Shown: positions 44,966 through 55,407, counted from the first letter of the stretch. The stretch is DNA of 64,000 bases from an uncultured Gammaproteobacteria bacterium (GCA_963800385.1 CAWDAU010000009.1:721264-785263), one strand, 5' to 3'. Notes: a model not told the origin generated them from the sequence alone. A program made the numbers and translations.

Positions 44966-46535
44966 GCGAGTCGGTGTTCTTGCTGAAATGCAGATCCTGG
45001 AAATCGAAGCTGAAGTCGGTGGCGGGAGACACGGCTTTCATGGTCATGTCGGTTACTTTGGTGTCATAGCCCTGCTCGAAGCGCACGAAGGCGTCCGCGT
45101 TCAGCGTGCGATCGTTCCAATGCACGATGAAAATGTTGCCGTTGTACGGCACCAGCGGCCCCTCGAGATATGGGGTCCGGCTGAACTTCAAGATCAGCTT
45201 GTCGTTCTCGCGGCGCACCGTGGCTTCGCCGCGCCACGGGTCGCGGTAAACGCCCACATACGCATCGAGCGGAAGCGATGGCGGTCCCGCCGCGGCGGCG
45301 GTCTTGGCGGCCGCTTCTTCGACCGCCTGGGCGGCAGTGTCGCCCTTGGCCGCGTACGACACGCCGATTTCGACCCAGTCGCGCCGCGGAGCGCTCAAGT
45401 AGGCGTCGAGGATTTGATTGCCCACCGCGTTCATGGCCATGCCTGATTCTTGATTCGTGAACACCAGCACTCCGAGATCGAGCTCGGGAATCATGGCCAC
45501 CCAGGTGACGCTGCCCAGCACCCCGCCGGTATGCGCAACTTTCTTGTATCCCAGAATGTCCTGGACACCCCAGCCCAAGGCATAGCCGCTGAAATGCGTG
45601 CGATACATCGAAGCGAGCAACGCATTGGGCGGAAGGATGGTATTCATGCTCCACATTTCTTCGCTGCGCTTGGCGCTGAAGAGCTGCCGCCCGGTCGGAG
45701 TCTTGCCGGCGGCGAGCTGGGTCTCGAGCCACTTCGCCATGCCATTGATGCTGCAGTTGATCGTACCTGCCGGTCCAACGGCATCCATTTGCAGGACGGG
45801 AATGGCCTTGAGTTCGCCCTTGACCACGACATGCGGGGCCGCGACGTCGCTGCGGTCCGCAATTCGATCATAGTTCGCCGCACAGGGCCGCATTTGCAGC
45901 GGATCGAGAATCCGTTGCGTGATGAAGTCTTCCCAGGATTTTCCGGTCACCGCCGGGATGATCTGGCCCGCCACCATGTAGAGCAGATTGTCGTAGTCGA
46001 ACTTGCTGCGAAATCCGGATACCGGCTTGAGGTAGCGCAGGCCATGCATGATTTCGTCGCGGGTGAAGTCGGTGGCCGGAAAAAACATCAAATCGCCGGC
46101 GCCCATGCCAAGACCGCTGCGATGCGTGAGCAGGTCGCGAATGGTAAATTCGCGCGTCACATAAGGATCGAACATGCGAAACTGTGGCAAATAATCGATC
46201 ACCTTGCCGTCCCATTGAATCTTGCCTTCGTCGACCAGGATCGCGAGAGCGGCGGCGGTAAAGGCCTTGGTGTTGGAGCCGATTTGAAACAGCGTGTCGG
46301 CATCGACTTGACCCGGCTTTCCGAGTTCGCGCACCCCATAGCCTTTGGCATAGATCAGCTTGCCATCCTTGACGATTCCCACGGCCATGCCGGGTACTTG
46401 GAAGGCCTTCATGGCGTGCGCTACGGTTGCATCGATGGCGGCGGGCGCAATCGGCAGCGTCGATGGCGGGCGGGCCCAGCTTGCAAGCGCCGGCATGGCG
46501 GCAATAAAAAGGATGAACGGCAGGCGTTGCAGCAT
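44958..46535 (-). CDS. serine hydrolase (beta-lactamase/PBP-like, class C fold)
   Basis: SxxK motif FQIGSNTKAF, a signal peptide, and a C-terminal lipocalin-like extension. Confidence 0.85.
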   Translation of the reverse strand: MLQRLPFILFIAAMPALASWARPPSTLPIAPAAIDATVAHAMKAFQVPGMAVGIVKDGKLIYAKGYGVRELGKPGQVDADTLFQIGSNTKAFTAAALAILVDEGKIQWDGKVIDYLPQFRMFDPYVTREFTIRDLLTHRSGLGMGAGDLMFFPATDFTRDEIMHGLRYLKPVSGFRSKFDYDNLLYMVAGQIIPAVTGKSWEDFITQRILDPLQMRPCAANYDRIADRSDVAAPHVVVKGELKAIPVLQMDAVGPAGTINCSINGMAKWLETQLAAGKTPTGRQLFSAKRSEEMWSMNTILPPNALLASMYRTHFSGYALGWGVQDILGYKKVAHTGGVLGSVTWVAMIPELDLGVLVFTNQESGMAMNAVGNQILDAYLSAPRRDWVEIGVSYAAKGDTAAQAVEEAAAKTAAAAGPPSLPLDAYVGVYRDPWRGEATVRRENDKLILKFSRTPYLEGPLVPYNGNIFIVHWNDRTLNADAFVRFEQGYDTKVTDMTMKAVSPATDFSFDFQDLHFSKNTDSHD

Positions 46536-46621
46536 GGCTGACTCCGGCGGGTTGGGGTGTTTACTATTGCTCTATATAGGATCATTCTAACCTAATCAGA
46601 GCGTTTTGAGGGATATCAGGC

Positions 46622-48517
46622 ATGCGAACATCCATTGTCAGATCGGCAGCAGCGGCAACTCTGCTCATCGCGGCCTCGATGGGACCGGCGGCCCTGGCCA
46701 CGGTGCCGGAGCTCACGCAGGCGGACGCCGATGCCTGGCTGGATGGCTTCATGCCCTTCACCCTGGAATCGAACGACATCGCCGGCGCCGTGGTCGTCAT
46801 CGTCAAGGATGGGCAAGTACTGACCCAGCGCGGCTTCGGCTACGCGGACATCGCCGCGCGCAAACGCGTGGACCCGGCGACGACGATGTTCCGAGCGGGT
46901 TCGATCTCAAAATTATTCACCTGGACTGCGGTGATGCAGCTGGTGGAGCAGGGCAAGATCGACCTGGATGCCGATGTGAACCGCTATTTGGATTTCAAGA
47001 TCCCGCCGTATCAAGGCAAAGCCATCACGATGCGCAACCTCATGACGCACACGCCGGGCTTCGAAGAAGCGATCAAGGGCGGCATCCGCTTCAGCGGCGC
47101 GGTGCCGCCGTTGAGCGAGGTATTGAAAAGCCTGCTGCCCGCACGGGTCTATGCGCCGGGCACGACGCCGGCTTACTCGAACTATGGCGCGGGCATCGCC
47201 AGCTACATCGTCGAGCGCGTTTCCGGAATGCCGTTTGCCGATTACGTCGAGCGCAACATATTCGCGCCCCTGGACATGTCTCATTCGTCGTTCCGACAGC
47301 CGCTGCCGGCGCAACTCGCACCTTTCATGTCACAGGGTTATCCGAAGGCCTCGGTCGAACCCAAACCCTACGAACTGATTTCCATACCCGGCGCGGGTTC
47401 GGTGGCCGTGTCCGGCGCCGACATGGCGAAGTTCATGATCGCTCACTTGAATCAAGGCGCCGGGTTGATGAAGCCGGAGACCGCTCTGCTGATGCACGAT
47501 CCCTCGCACGTGACGCTGCCGGGAACCAACCGCATGGCGCTCGGCTTCTACGAGATGCAGCTCAATGGCTTGAGCGCGATCGGACACGGCGGCGATTTGA
47601 ATTTCTTTCACAGCGACATTTGGATCTACCCCACCAAGAACGTCGGCCTGTTCGTTTCCATGAACAGCGCCGGCGAGCATGCCGCAACCGAAACGATTCG
47701 CATCGCGCTGTTCGAGCAATTCGGCGATCGCTATTTCCCGGCGGCGGATGCGGCACCGGTGGAACTGCCGACCGCCAAGGAGCATGCGCGCATGCTGGCG
47801 GGCAACTACATCAGCAGCCGCGGATTCTTCACGAATTTCATCGATATGCTGAACTTCGTCGGTCAAGTGCACATCGGCTTGGATAAGGACGGACGGCCGC
47901 TGGTTCCCGCCATATTGGGCGGCGCACCCAAGAAGTGGATCGAGATCGCCCCCTTCGTGTGGCAGGACGCCTATGGTCACGGCCGTCTTGGCGCCAAGGT
48001 CGAGGACGGACGAGTGGTGCGCTGGAGCATCAATCCGGTGTCGCCGTTCATGGTCTGGGAGCGGGCTCCCTGGTATCGAGACGCGGCGTGGCTCATGCCG
48101 CTGTTTGCGGCAGCCTTGGCCATCGTCGCACTCACGGCCTTGTCCTGGCCGGTGGGGGCCATCGCTCGGCGCCGCTTCGGGGCGGCGATGACGTTGCGCG
48201 GCGCGGATCTGACGGCCTATCGCTGGGCTCGCGCCTTGTCGTGGCTGGTGTTGGCGGCACTTGGCGGGTGGGCATGGCTGTTCGCCTCGCTGGACTCGGA
48301 CAAGAATCTCGACGCCGCAATCTGGCTGCTGGAAATTGCCGGGATCGTGGGCTTCGTGGGTTTGTGCGGCGCCGCGCTTTGGAACCTGCAGCGAGTCTGG
48401 CGCGGCAAGCGCGGCTGGTTTGCGAAACTCTGGAGCGCACTGTTGGTGCTGGCCGCCCTTTTGACCCTGTGGGTCACTTTGAGCTTTCATCTCATCCACC
48501 TCGGTGCCCGGTACTGA
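46622..48517 (+). CDS. serine hydrolase (beta-lactamase-like) with a C-terminal four-TM membrane domain
   Basis: SxxK motif FRAGSISKLF, a signal peptide, and four hydrophobic helices in the last 170 aa or so. Confidence 0.85.
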   Translation: MRTSIVRSAAAATLLIAASMGPAALATVPELTQADADAWLDGFMPFTLESNDIAGAVVVIVKDGQVLTQRGFGYADIAARKRVDPATTMFRAGSISKLFTWTAVMQLVEQGKIDLDADVNRYLDFKIPPYQGKAITMRNLMTHTPGFEEAIKGGIRFSGAVPPLSEVLKSLLPARVYAPGTTPAYSNYGAGIASYIVERVSGMPFADYVERNIFAPLDMSHSSFRQPLPAQLAPFMSQGYPKASVEPKPYELISIPGAGSVAVSGADMAKFMIAHLNQGAGLMKPETALLMHDPSHVTLPGTNRMALGFYEMQLNGLSAIGHGGDLNFFHSDIWIYPTKNVGLFVSMNSAGEHAATETIRIALFEQFGDRYFPAADAAPVELPTAKEHARMLAGNYISSRGFFTNFIDMLNFVGQVHIGLDKDGRPLVPAILGGAPKKWIEIAPFVWQDAYGHGRLGAKVEDGRVVRWSINPVSPFMVWERAPWYRDAAWLMPLFAAALAIVALTALSWPVGAIARRRFGAAMTLRGADLTAYRWARALSWLVLAALGGWAWLFASLDSDKNLDAAIWLLEIAGIVGFVGLCGAALWNLQRVWRGKRGWFAKLWSALLVLAALLTLWVTLSFHLIHLGARY

Positions 48518-48526
48518 AGGATTCGC

Positions 48527-49468
48527 ATGCCAGAAGCGGGTGAAGCGCGCTCTCTATGGCCTGAGTTGCCGCTGCGCGAGTGGCGTGCGACCTACGCCAC
48601 GCTGCACATGTGGTCGCAGATCGTCGGCAAAACGCGCCTTGCGCTCGCACCCATGGAAAATCATTGGTGGCAGGTGGCGCTGTACCTCACCGCCCGCGGA
48701 TTGACGAGCTCTGCCATGCCGCACGGCAGCCAAAGCGTCGAGGTGCAATTCGACTTCATTTCCCATGAACTCCGCGTTCAGGTGAGCGACGGTTCCCGGC
48801 GTTCCTTTCCACTCGCCTCAATGACCGTGGCCGATTTCTATGCGCGCTATAGGGGCGCGCTGCATGAATTGGGGATCGATCCAAAGATCTATGCAGCGCC
48901 GGTCGAGGTGCTGACGGCGATCCCTTTCGCACAAGACCGCGAACATGCGCTCTACGATGCGCCCGCCGCGCATCAGTGCTGGCTGATTCTCCTCAATACC
49001 CAGCGGGTGATGAAGATCTTCCGCGGCGGATTCACCGGAAAGCAAAGTCCGGTGCATTTCTTTTGGGGCAGTTTCGATCTGGCCTGCACCCGCTTCTCCG
49101 GACGGCGCGCGCCGCGCCATCCCGGCGGCGCGCCTCATTGTCCCGACTGGGTCATGGTCGAAGCGTACTCGCATGAATGCAGCAGCTGCGGCTTCTGGCC
49201 CGGCGACGAAAACGCCGAGCCATCCTTCTATGCCTATGCTTATCCGGAGCCGCATGGATACGCAGCTGCGGCCGTGCAACCGGCCGCCGCGCACTACGAC
49301 GCCACAGCGCGCGAATTCCTGCTGCCCTACGAGTCAGTGCGAGCGGCGCCCAATCCTGACGAGGCGTTGCTGCGTTTCTTCCAGACGACCTATGCGGCAG
49401 CCGCCGATCTCGGGCGGTGGGATCGCCCAGGGCTCGATCGTAGCGCGTCGGGCACCGGCGTCTCATGA
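48527..49468 (+). CDS. conserved hypothetical protein (DUF5996-like)
   Basis: EWRATYATLHMWSQIVGKTRLALAPMENHWWQVALYLTARGLTS. Family assignment is from memory only. Confidence 0.65.
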   Translation: MPEAGEARSLWPELPLREWRATYATLHMWSQIVGKTRLALAPMENHWWQVALYLTARGLTSSAMPHGSQSVEVQFDFISHELRVQVSDGSRRSFPLASMTVADFYARYRGALHELGIDPKIYAAPVEVLTAIPFAQDREHALYDAPAAHQCWLILLNTQRVMKIFRGGFTGKQSPVHFFWGSFDLACTRFSGRRAPRHPGGAPHCPDWVMVEAYSHECSSCGFWPGDENAEPSFYAYAYPEPHGYAAAAVQPAAAHYDATAREFLLPYESVRAAPNPDEALLRFFQTTYAAAADLGRWDRPGLDRSASGTGVS

Positions 49469-49495
49469 GGGCGCCCGGCTGGCGCCGCCGGCATC

Positions 49496-51310
49496 TCAAT
49501 TCGGCTTGAGGCGCACGGGGGGAAAGTACCAGCCCACCGATCGACGCTGCCACCACAGACCTTTGCGCTTGTCGGCGCGGGTGGAGAAGGTATAGCTGTA
49601 AAATTGAGCACGGATGTAGCGCGGCGGCTTGACTGCGAAAGGGTTCCTTGCCAGCAGCGCTGTGACGCTGGGTTCGTTTTGCAGCAGCCGCTCCAGAAAG
49701 TGCGCAAACCAGTTCACGCGCCGCGGGTCGTCGAGAGCGGCGAACCACATCTGCCAGTCGAGTCTCGGCTGATGCGGGATGTTCCAGGATGGCCGCCGCG
49801 CCAGGTCGCCCGGCTTGTAGCGAAATTCGTACTCGCGCCAGTCAGCCCCATCATCCGAGCCTTCGATGATGATCTCGTTGCGCTCGGTCGTCATGACCGC
49901 GAACAGTCCATAGCTGCTGACCATGCGCAGCGGCTCGAACAACTGCTCCACGTCGCGAAACGCGGCCGGCGGGGTGCCGCCAAAGCGCTCATCCATCTGC
50001 ACCAAACTCAGGAACACCAGCACCAGCCCGCCCGCGCCGACCGCGATCGAGACGGTCTTTGAGGAGGGGCGCGGGATACGCCGCAACAGCGCCCGTGCCA
50101 GGCGCTGCGGTAGGCACTTCCGCACAGCGGCATCGTCGAATAGCAGCAGACACAGCAGCATCGCCTGCAAATTGAACCAATTGTAGTTGCCGGTGAGCAG
50201 AATGCAGCTTTGCAGCAGCAGGATGCCGAGCGCCGCCAGGAAACGCGGCCGCCGCGGGCAGAAGATCAGAAACGGCAGGATCAGTTCGACGAGGAACACG
50301 CCGCCGGTCGCGAATCGCATCAGCGGCGGCGGCAATTGCGCGGCGTACCAGGCGAGCGGCGTAGGCAGAGGTTGGGTGAAAAAGTGGTACGACAGCGCCG
50401 ACAGGTTCCACCAGTTCGGGTCGCCGCTCAGAAGCTTGACCACGCCCGACATGAACATGAATCGGAACAACAGCCAGCGCAGCAGCCAGATTCCGGGCGT
50501 TTGCGCGAAACTCAGCAGCAGGGCAAGAAAACCGGTCTCCAGCAGAAATGTGTCCCACTGAAAAGACATGAAAGTCTGGCCGCCATAGAGCAGCGAGAGA
50601 TACAACACGTAGAGCGCCAGCAGGCAGAGGCGCGGAAGCACATTGACGATCAGCAGCACCGAGAAGACCGCGCCGGCCCAGCACACCAAGCGAATCGCAA
50701 GATCGCTGTCATTGATCCAAAACAGCATCGGCATCACGAAAAAGCGCTCGAGGCCGGCGCCGCCGCCGCCGCCGATGAGCTTCACCAGCGCGGCAACCGG
50801 CAGGATGCCGCGGCTGCCGATCAGTCCCAACGCCTGTACGCCGAAGGAAACGAAGGCGGATAAATAGATCAGGCCGAGCAGGCGCAGGAATACGCAAGAG
50901 ACCAGATCGTAGCGCGGCGGCGCGAAGTCCTTGCCCCACAGAAACACGGTGGCGCGGTAGGCAGCCGAGCGGTGCGCGGCGATGAAGGCGTAAATCCATT
51001 CCGCGATGGCCGCAAAACCCGGCAGTTTTCGATACAGCGCGAGCCAAAATCCCTTGCCCGGCGCATGGCTCAAGGTGAGAAAGCTGGCTTCGGCGGCGCT
51101 CGCATGGCGCCCATCGGGCGTGATGTATTGCACGCCGCGTTGAAAATCGGCGAGCGCGATTTGCGGATATTGCGGCGCGGCGTCTTGGTACGGCCAGTAT
51201 CTGACGGCCTCGCCCGTCAATTTCTCCCAGTAGCGCGCCCAATAAACGCAAAACCGGCAGTCCGCGTCGTAGACGAGTAGCGGCCGTTGATCCACCGGCG
51301 TTTCGCCCAT
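49496..51310 (-). CDS. fusion of a DCC-type thiol-disulfide oxidoreductase domain and a lipase maturation factor (LMF) family membrane domain
   Basis: N-terminal LVYDADCRFCVYWARYW (CxxC, DUF393/DCC), followed by a multi-TM LMF-like body. Confidence 0.8.
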   Translation of the reverse strand: MGETPVDQRPLLVYDADCRFCVYWARYWEKLTGEAVRYWPYQDAAPQYPQIALADFQRGVQYITPDGRHASAAEASFLTLSHAPGKGFWLALYRKLPGFAAIAEWIYAFIAAHRSAAYRATVFLWGKDFAPPRYDLVSCVFLRLLGLIYLSAFVSFGVQALGLIGSRGILPVAALVKLIGGGGGAGLERFFVMPMLFWINDSDLAIRLVCWAGAVFSVLLIVNVLPRLCLLALYVLYLSLLYGGQTFMSFQWDTFLLETGFLALLLSFAQTPGIWLLRWLLFRFMFMSGVVKLLSGDPNWWNLSALSYHFFTQPLPTPLAWYAAQLPPPLMRFATGGVFLVELILPFLIFCPRRPRFLAALGILLLQSCILLTGNYNWFNLQAMLLCLLLFDDAAVRKCLPQRLARALLRRIPRPSSKTVSIAVGAGGLVLVFLSLVQMDERFGGTPPAAFRDVEQLFEPLRMVSSYGLFAVMTTERNEIIIEGSDDGADWREYEFRYKPGDLARRPSWNIPHQPRLDWQMWFAALDDPRRVNWFAHFLERLLQNEPSVTALLARNPFAVKPPRYIRAQFYSYTFSTRADKRKGLWWQRRSVGWYFPPVRLKPN

Positions 51311-51329
51311 GGGTGTCCCTGAGCCGCGC

Positions 51330-52295
51330 TTAAAAGTTCAAGAGCTCGGGCGTACGACTCCTGAACGGCGCGACGCGCATCTCGGCGCGCAGATCGGCAA
51401 TCGAGCGCCCCAGCAACTTATGCCATTCCACCGACATCAGCGGCGGGGCGCGGCGGCCGTGGCGCCAACCCTCCGAGATGAGCGAGATGAACTGGTCGAT
51501 GTCGACCACGGGACGCAGGCACATCATGGTGGTGGTGGCGGCGAGGAAACGCGTCGAATAATTTTGGCCGAATTGCGCCAGCTGAAACCCGGAAATCGCG
51601 ACCTCTCCCTGGGCCGTGAAGCCGAATCCGCCGACCAAATGCCACACATCGTGCAGCTGCAATATGCGGCGGTTGGTGCGGTTTTGCGCGGCGAAGGCCG
51701 GCGGCAGCATCACATCGTCGGGATTGATCACCTCGAGGTCGTATCCTTTGGAAGTGAGCATGTCGAGAAGATTGGTCCCCAGGCTGTCCTTGGGCCAATG
51801 GCGCAAATCATCGGTCGTCATGCGCACTTCGGGCTGTGCAAGTAGTTTCTTGACGTCTTCATGGAGATAATGCGCGCGTTCACAGCGCATCAATAATTCC
51901 GCATCGTAATGCACGCCGATGAGAACCACTCGGCCGGTAAAATCGAGCGCATTGTCCTTGGCTGCCGCGCTTGTTGGCGCGGCCGGCTCCGCGTCGACGA
52001 CGCTCCAAAATGCATCCCAGACAGCCCGCGGCGTCTGCCATTCTTCAACGGCGGCAGGCGCGTTCAGCCACGCAAGTTGCTGCCGCAAAGACGCGATGCG
52101 ATCGGAATCCTGTTCCAGATCCAGCCACGCGCGGGCGATGGCATCGAAGATGCCAATCTGGCGCTCCGGCTGAACGAAAGCCGCATGGGCCATCAACACA
52201 GCGGCGGCAAGCGGCGGGGGTGCCTCGAGCGGCGGTACGCCGCTGCGGCAGCCAGACTCAAAATCCTCGCGAAACTTCGATGTTGTGAGCGCCAT
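51330..52295 (-). CDS. Coq4-family protein with an N-terminal extension
   Basis: LHDVWHLVGGFGFTAQGE matches the Coq4 HDxxH-x11-E metal motif. Confidence 0.7.
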   Translation of the reverse strand: MALTTSKFREDFESGCRSGVPPLEAPPPLAAAVLMAHAAFVQPERQIGIFDAIARAWLDLEQDSDRIASLRQQLAWLNAPAAVEEWQTPRAVWDAFWSVVDAEPAAPTSAAAKDNALDFTGRVVLIGVHYDAELLMRCERAHYLHEDVKKLLAQPEVRMTTDDLRHWPKDSLGTNLLDMLTSKGYDLEVINPDDVMLPPAFAAQNRTNRRILQLHDVWHLVGGFGFTAQGEVAISGFQLAQFGQNYSTRFLAATTTMMCLRPVVDIDQFISLISEGWRHGRRAPPLMSVEWHKLLGRSIADLRAEMRVAPFRSRTPELLNF

Positions 52296-52395
52296 ATGAA
52301 TCCCGCGGGAGGGCTACTTCAGGCCTGTATACTAATACGGCGATAGCACGATAAATAGTAAAAAACCTTCGGCCCCTCCTCACCGGAAATCTTTC

Positions 52396-53823
52396 ATGGC
52401 GCTGGGCACGATCGGCCTTGGAACCAAACTGCTGTACGGCTTTGGCACCGTGGCCTACGGCATCAAGGACAACGGCTTCAATTTCTTGCTGCTGATTTTC
52501 TACAATCAGCTGCTCGGTCTGCCGGCGCAGCTGGTGGGCCTCGCGATCATGATCGCGCTGATCGTCGACGGCTTTTCCGACCCTTTGATCGGGCACATAT
52601 CGGATCGCTTTCATTCCCGTCTCGGCCGCCGGCATTTCTTCATGTATCTGTCGGCGCTGCCGTGCGCGTTGTTTTACTACCTGCTGTGGAACCCTCCGGC
52701 GACCCTGGGGGCGGCCGCGCTATTCTGGTACCTGCTGATCACGGCCATCGTCGTGCGCATCCTCATTGCGCTCTATGAGGTGCCGAGCGCGGCGCTGCTT
52801 GCAGAGCTGACCGAGGACTACGATCTACGTACCTCGCTGGTCGCCTACCGATTTTTCTTCGGCTACCTGGGTGCGGTGTCGATGGGCGTGATTGCACTGT
52901 CGGTATTTTTGCGGCCGAGCGCCCAGCAAAGCGTGGGACTGCTGAATCGGGCCGGCTATCACGGCTATTCCATTGCGGCCGCCGCCCTCATGTCGGTCTC
53001 CATCCTGATCTCGACCGCCGGAACGCATCACTATATTCCTTATCTGCGCGCGCCCCCGCCGCGGCGCGCATTCAATCTACGCCGCGATTCCCGCGAGATT
53101 CGCGCTGCGCTCGCCAACCGCCCTTTCTTGTCGATGATCGCCTGCGGCTTCTTTTCAGCGATGGCGCTCGGCCTGGTCGCCACGCTCAGCATTTATTTTT
53201 ACACCTATTACTGGCAACTCTCGGCCGATCAGGTTTCGCAACTGCTGCTCTCGGCCTTGTTGTCGGCCGCGGCCGCCCTGGCGCTGGCGCCGCTCATCGT
53301 CAAACGGCTGGATAAGAAACGCGGCGCCATCCTGGCATCGCTCGTGTGCCTGGTGCTGGCGCCCTGCCCCATCATCCTGCGGGAGTGCGGCTTGTTCGTG
53401 GACAATTCATCGCCCGCGTTGCTGCCCATTTTGCTCGGTTTCACCTTGGCGCTCGGCACCATGAGCGTGGTGTCTGGCGCGCTGGTAACGTCGATGCTCG
53501 CCGATACGGTGGAAGAGAACGAGATTCGGACCAGGCAACGCACGGAGGGCCTGTACTTCGCCGCAGCGTTCTTCGTGCAGAAGTGCGTCTCCGGCCTCGG
53601 CATCTTCATGGGCGGGTTGGTTCTAGGCTGGGTCAAATTTCCCGAAGGCGCGCGGCCGGGTTTGGTGCCGGCCGCGGTGTTGCGCAATCTGGCGCTGACT
53701 TACGTGCCGTTGATCGTGGTGCTGCTCGCGATTTCCGTCCTTTGCATCCGGTTTTATCGAATCGGCCGCGCCGGTCACAACGCCAATCTCGCGCTCCTGC
53801 ATGCAGAACAGGGGAAACCCTAG
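52396..53823 (+). CDS. MFS transporter, glycoside-pentoside-hexuronide (GPH) type
   Basis: 12 TM helices and an N-terminal DGFSDPLIGHISDR motif typical of GPH symporters. Confidence 0.8.
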   Translation: MALGTIGLGTKLLYGFGTVAYGIKDNGFNFLLLIFYNQLLGLPAQLVGLAIMIALIVDGFSDPLIGHISDRFHSRLGRRHFFMYLSALPCALFYYLLWNPPATLGAAALFWYLLITAIVVRILIALYEVPSAALLAELTEDYDLRTSLVAYRFFFGYLGAVSMGVIALSVFLRPSAQQSVGLLNRAGYHGYSIAAAALMSVSILISTAGTHHYIPYLRAPPPRRAFNLRRDSREIRAALANRPFLSMIACGFFSAMALGLVATLSIYFYTYYWQLSADQVSQLLLSALLSAAAALALAPLIVKRLDKKRGAILASLVCLVLAPCPIILRECGLFVDNSSPALLPILLGFTLALGTMSVVSGALVTSMLADTVEENEIRTRQRTEGLYFAAAFFVQKCVSGLGIFMGGLVLGWVKFPEGARPGLVPAAVLRNLALTYVPLIVVLLAISVLCIRFYRIGRAGHNANLALLHAEQGKP

Positions 53824-53869
53824 CGGCCTTCGATGCCGGCGCATTCCGGCGGCGGCGGAAAAGCTACGG

Positions 53870-55213
53870 CTAAGCGCGCGCCGCGCTTCCGGCCAGGACC
53901 TGAGCGGCGGCGGCGGCGCCGGCCGCGAGCGCGGCATGCACCGTGCCCCAATGCCCGGCCACATCCGTATGCTCTCCCGCAAAGTACAAGGTGTCCTCGA
54001 CCGCTGTACGTATTTTTTCGGGGGCATCCAAGGCGCCGACCTGCACATAGCTGTAGGCACCCCGGGAGTATTCGTCGCTCTGCCAGTTGTGCAGGTGCCA
54101 GCTCGACAGCATCGCCCGCAGGTCTGACAAAGGCAGCGAGAATATTTTCGCGAGCGTCGCAAGACTCAGATCGCGCAGCGCGCCGGCATCGCCGTCCGCG
54201 GCGACGAGTTCGAGGAGCCGCTCGGCCTTGGGGCCGCCGGCCCACGCGGTGAGCAGGGGCGCTGCATGCGGCGCGGGTGTCCACCAGGTCGGTGGAGATT
54301 CGCCGGGCGCAAAGAGAAAACTCAATCCCGGGTCCCAAAATTTTTGCTTGAATGCCAAAGTCAGGCGCACGACCGCGCCCATCTTGAGGCGATCGGCGTT
54401 GAACAGCACTTCGCCGGGTTGAGGAACGAATTCAATCGTTCGTGCTTGCAGCACTCCCAGGGGAACCGTGATGAGCGCCCGCTTCGACCGGCACAGATGG
54501 GCGCCGCCCGCGCGCGTTGTCTCGACCGACACCGCGCCGCGCGTCCAGACAATCTTCTTCACCGGCGCTTCAAGCATCAACAGGCCGCCGGCGGCAATGA
54601 ATTTCCCGGCCAGGAAATGCGGAATGGCCGCGTAGCCCGCTTCGAGCCGGAACAGGCGATCGGCGGCAATGGCATCCTCCGCAGCCTGCTGCTTCGCGAG
54701 CGCCGCGACGGAGATGCGATTTTGATCGGCCGCGTTGAAGCCCTCGACATAGTTGGCGGCGGCCCCGGCGGCAAGCGCTTCCACCGCATGCGACTTTAGG
54801 TACTCGCCAAAGCTGAGGTCGCCGCCGTGGGGGTGCGCTTGCACCCATTGAGTCATTTCCTCCAGCACGCGTTCGCCGGTCGCGCGGCTTTCGTGCGCCG
54901 CCAGCATGCGGCCGTTTTCGAATCGACGCGATGAACCGTCGATCTCGAAGGTGCTCAAGCCGGCCTGCTTGATGATCGACCAAGTCTCGAGCGGCAAGCC
55001 GTGCACGAATTCAGCGCCCAACTCAACCGGCACCGGCAGCTGCGATCGAGCGAGCGAGATTGACCGGGTCCAGATGCGGCCGCCGATCCGGCCGCGCGCT
55101 TCCACGATGGCGACGCGCCGCCCCGCCTCGGCCAGCAGACATCCCGCTTGGAGTCCCGCGACGCCCGCCCCCACGATGAGCACATCGTATTCAGGGAATT
55201 TGATGATCGTCAC
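53870..55213 (-). CDS. flavin-containing amine oxidase
   Basis: YDVLIVGAGVAGLQAG...VAIVEARGRIGGR dinucleotide motif and a C-terminal YFAGEHT. Confidence 0.85.
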   Translation of the reverse strand: MTIIKFPEYDVLIVGAGVAGLQAGCLLAEAGRRVAIVEARGRIGGRIWTRSISLARSQLPVPVELGAEFVHGLPLETWSIIKQAGLSTFEIDGSSRRFENGRMLAAHESRATGERVLEEMTQWVQAHPHGGDLSFGEYLKSHAVEALAAGAAANYVEGFNAADQNRISVAALAKQQAAEDAIAADRLFRLEAGYAAIPHFLAGKFIAAGGLLMLEAPVKKIVWTRGAVSVETTRAGGAHLCRSKRALITVPLGVLQARTIEFVPQPGEVLFNADRLKMGAVVRLTLAFKQKFWDPGLSFLFAPGESPPTWWTPAPHAAPLLTAWAGGPKAERLLELVAADGDAGALRDLSLATLAKIFSLPLSDLRAMLSSWHLHNWQSDEYSRGAYSYVQVGALDAPEKIRTAVEDTLYFAGEHTDVAGHWGTVHAALAAGAAAAAQVLAGSAARA

Positions 55214-55407
55214 CGCGCAGCACGCGCGCTGATTGGGCCGGCCGCCCTATGTGACGCAATCGGCGTTTTGCAGGCGATCCTGCCTGTCAACCGATCGGCT
55301 TCGCCGGCGTTTTTTACAGGCATATGGAGCTCAAATGAGCTGCCGCGCACCGAAAAGGCTTGGCGCATTTGGTTAACTCAATTTTCTGACGAAGCAAAGG
55401 AGATGTC

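Noticed and set aside
46606-47886. 426-aa plus-strand ORF overlapping the serine hydrolase gene in another frame
   Set aside because: It is out of frame with the SxxK-bearing ORF 46622-48517. Its Arg/Gly-rich translation has no motifs.
55290-55320. cggcttcgccggcgtttttt, a small hairpin plus T-run
   Set aside because: The stem is 4 bp with a 3-nt loop, and no plus-strand gene ends upstream. It is not a credible terminator.
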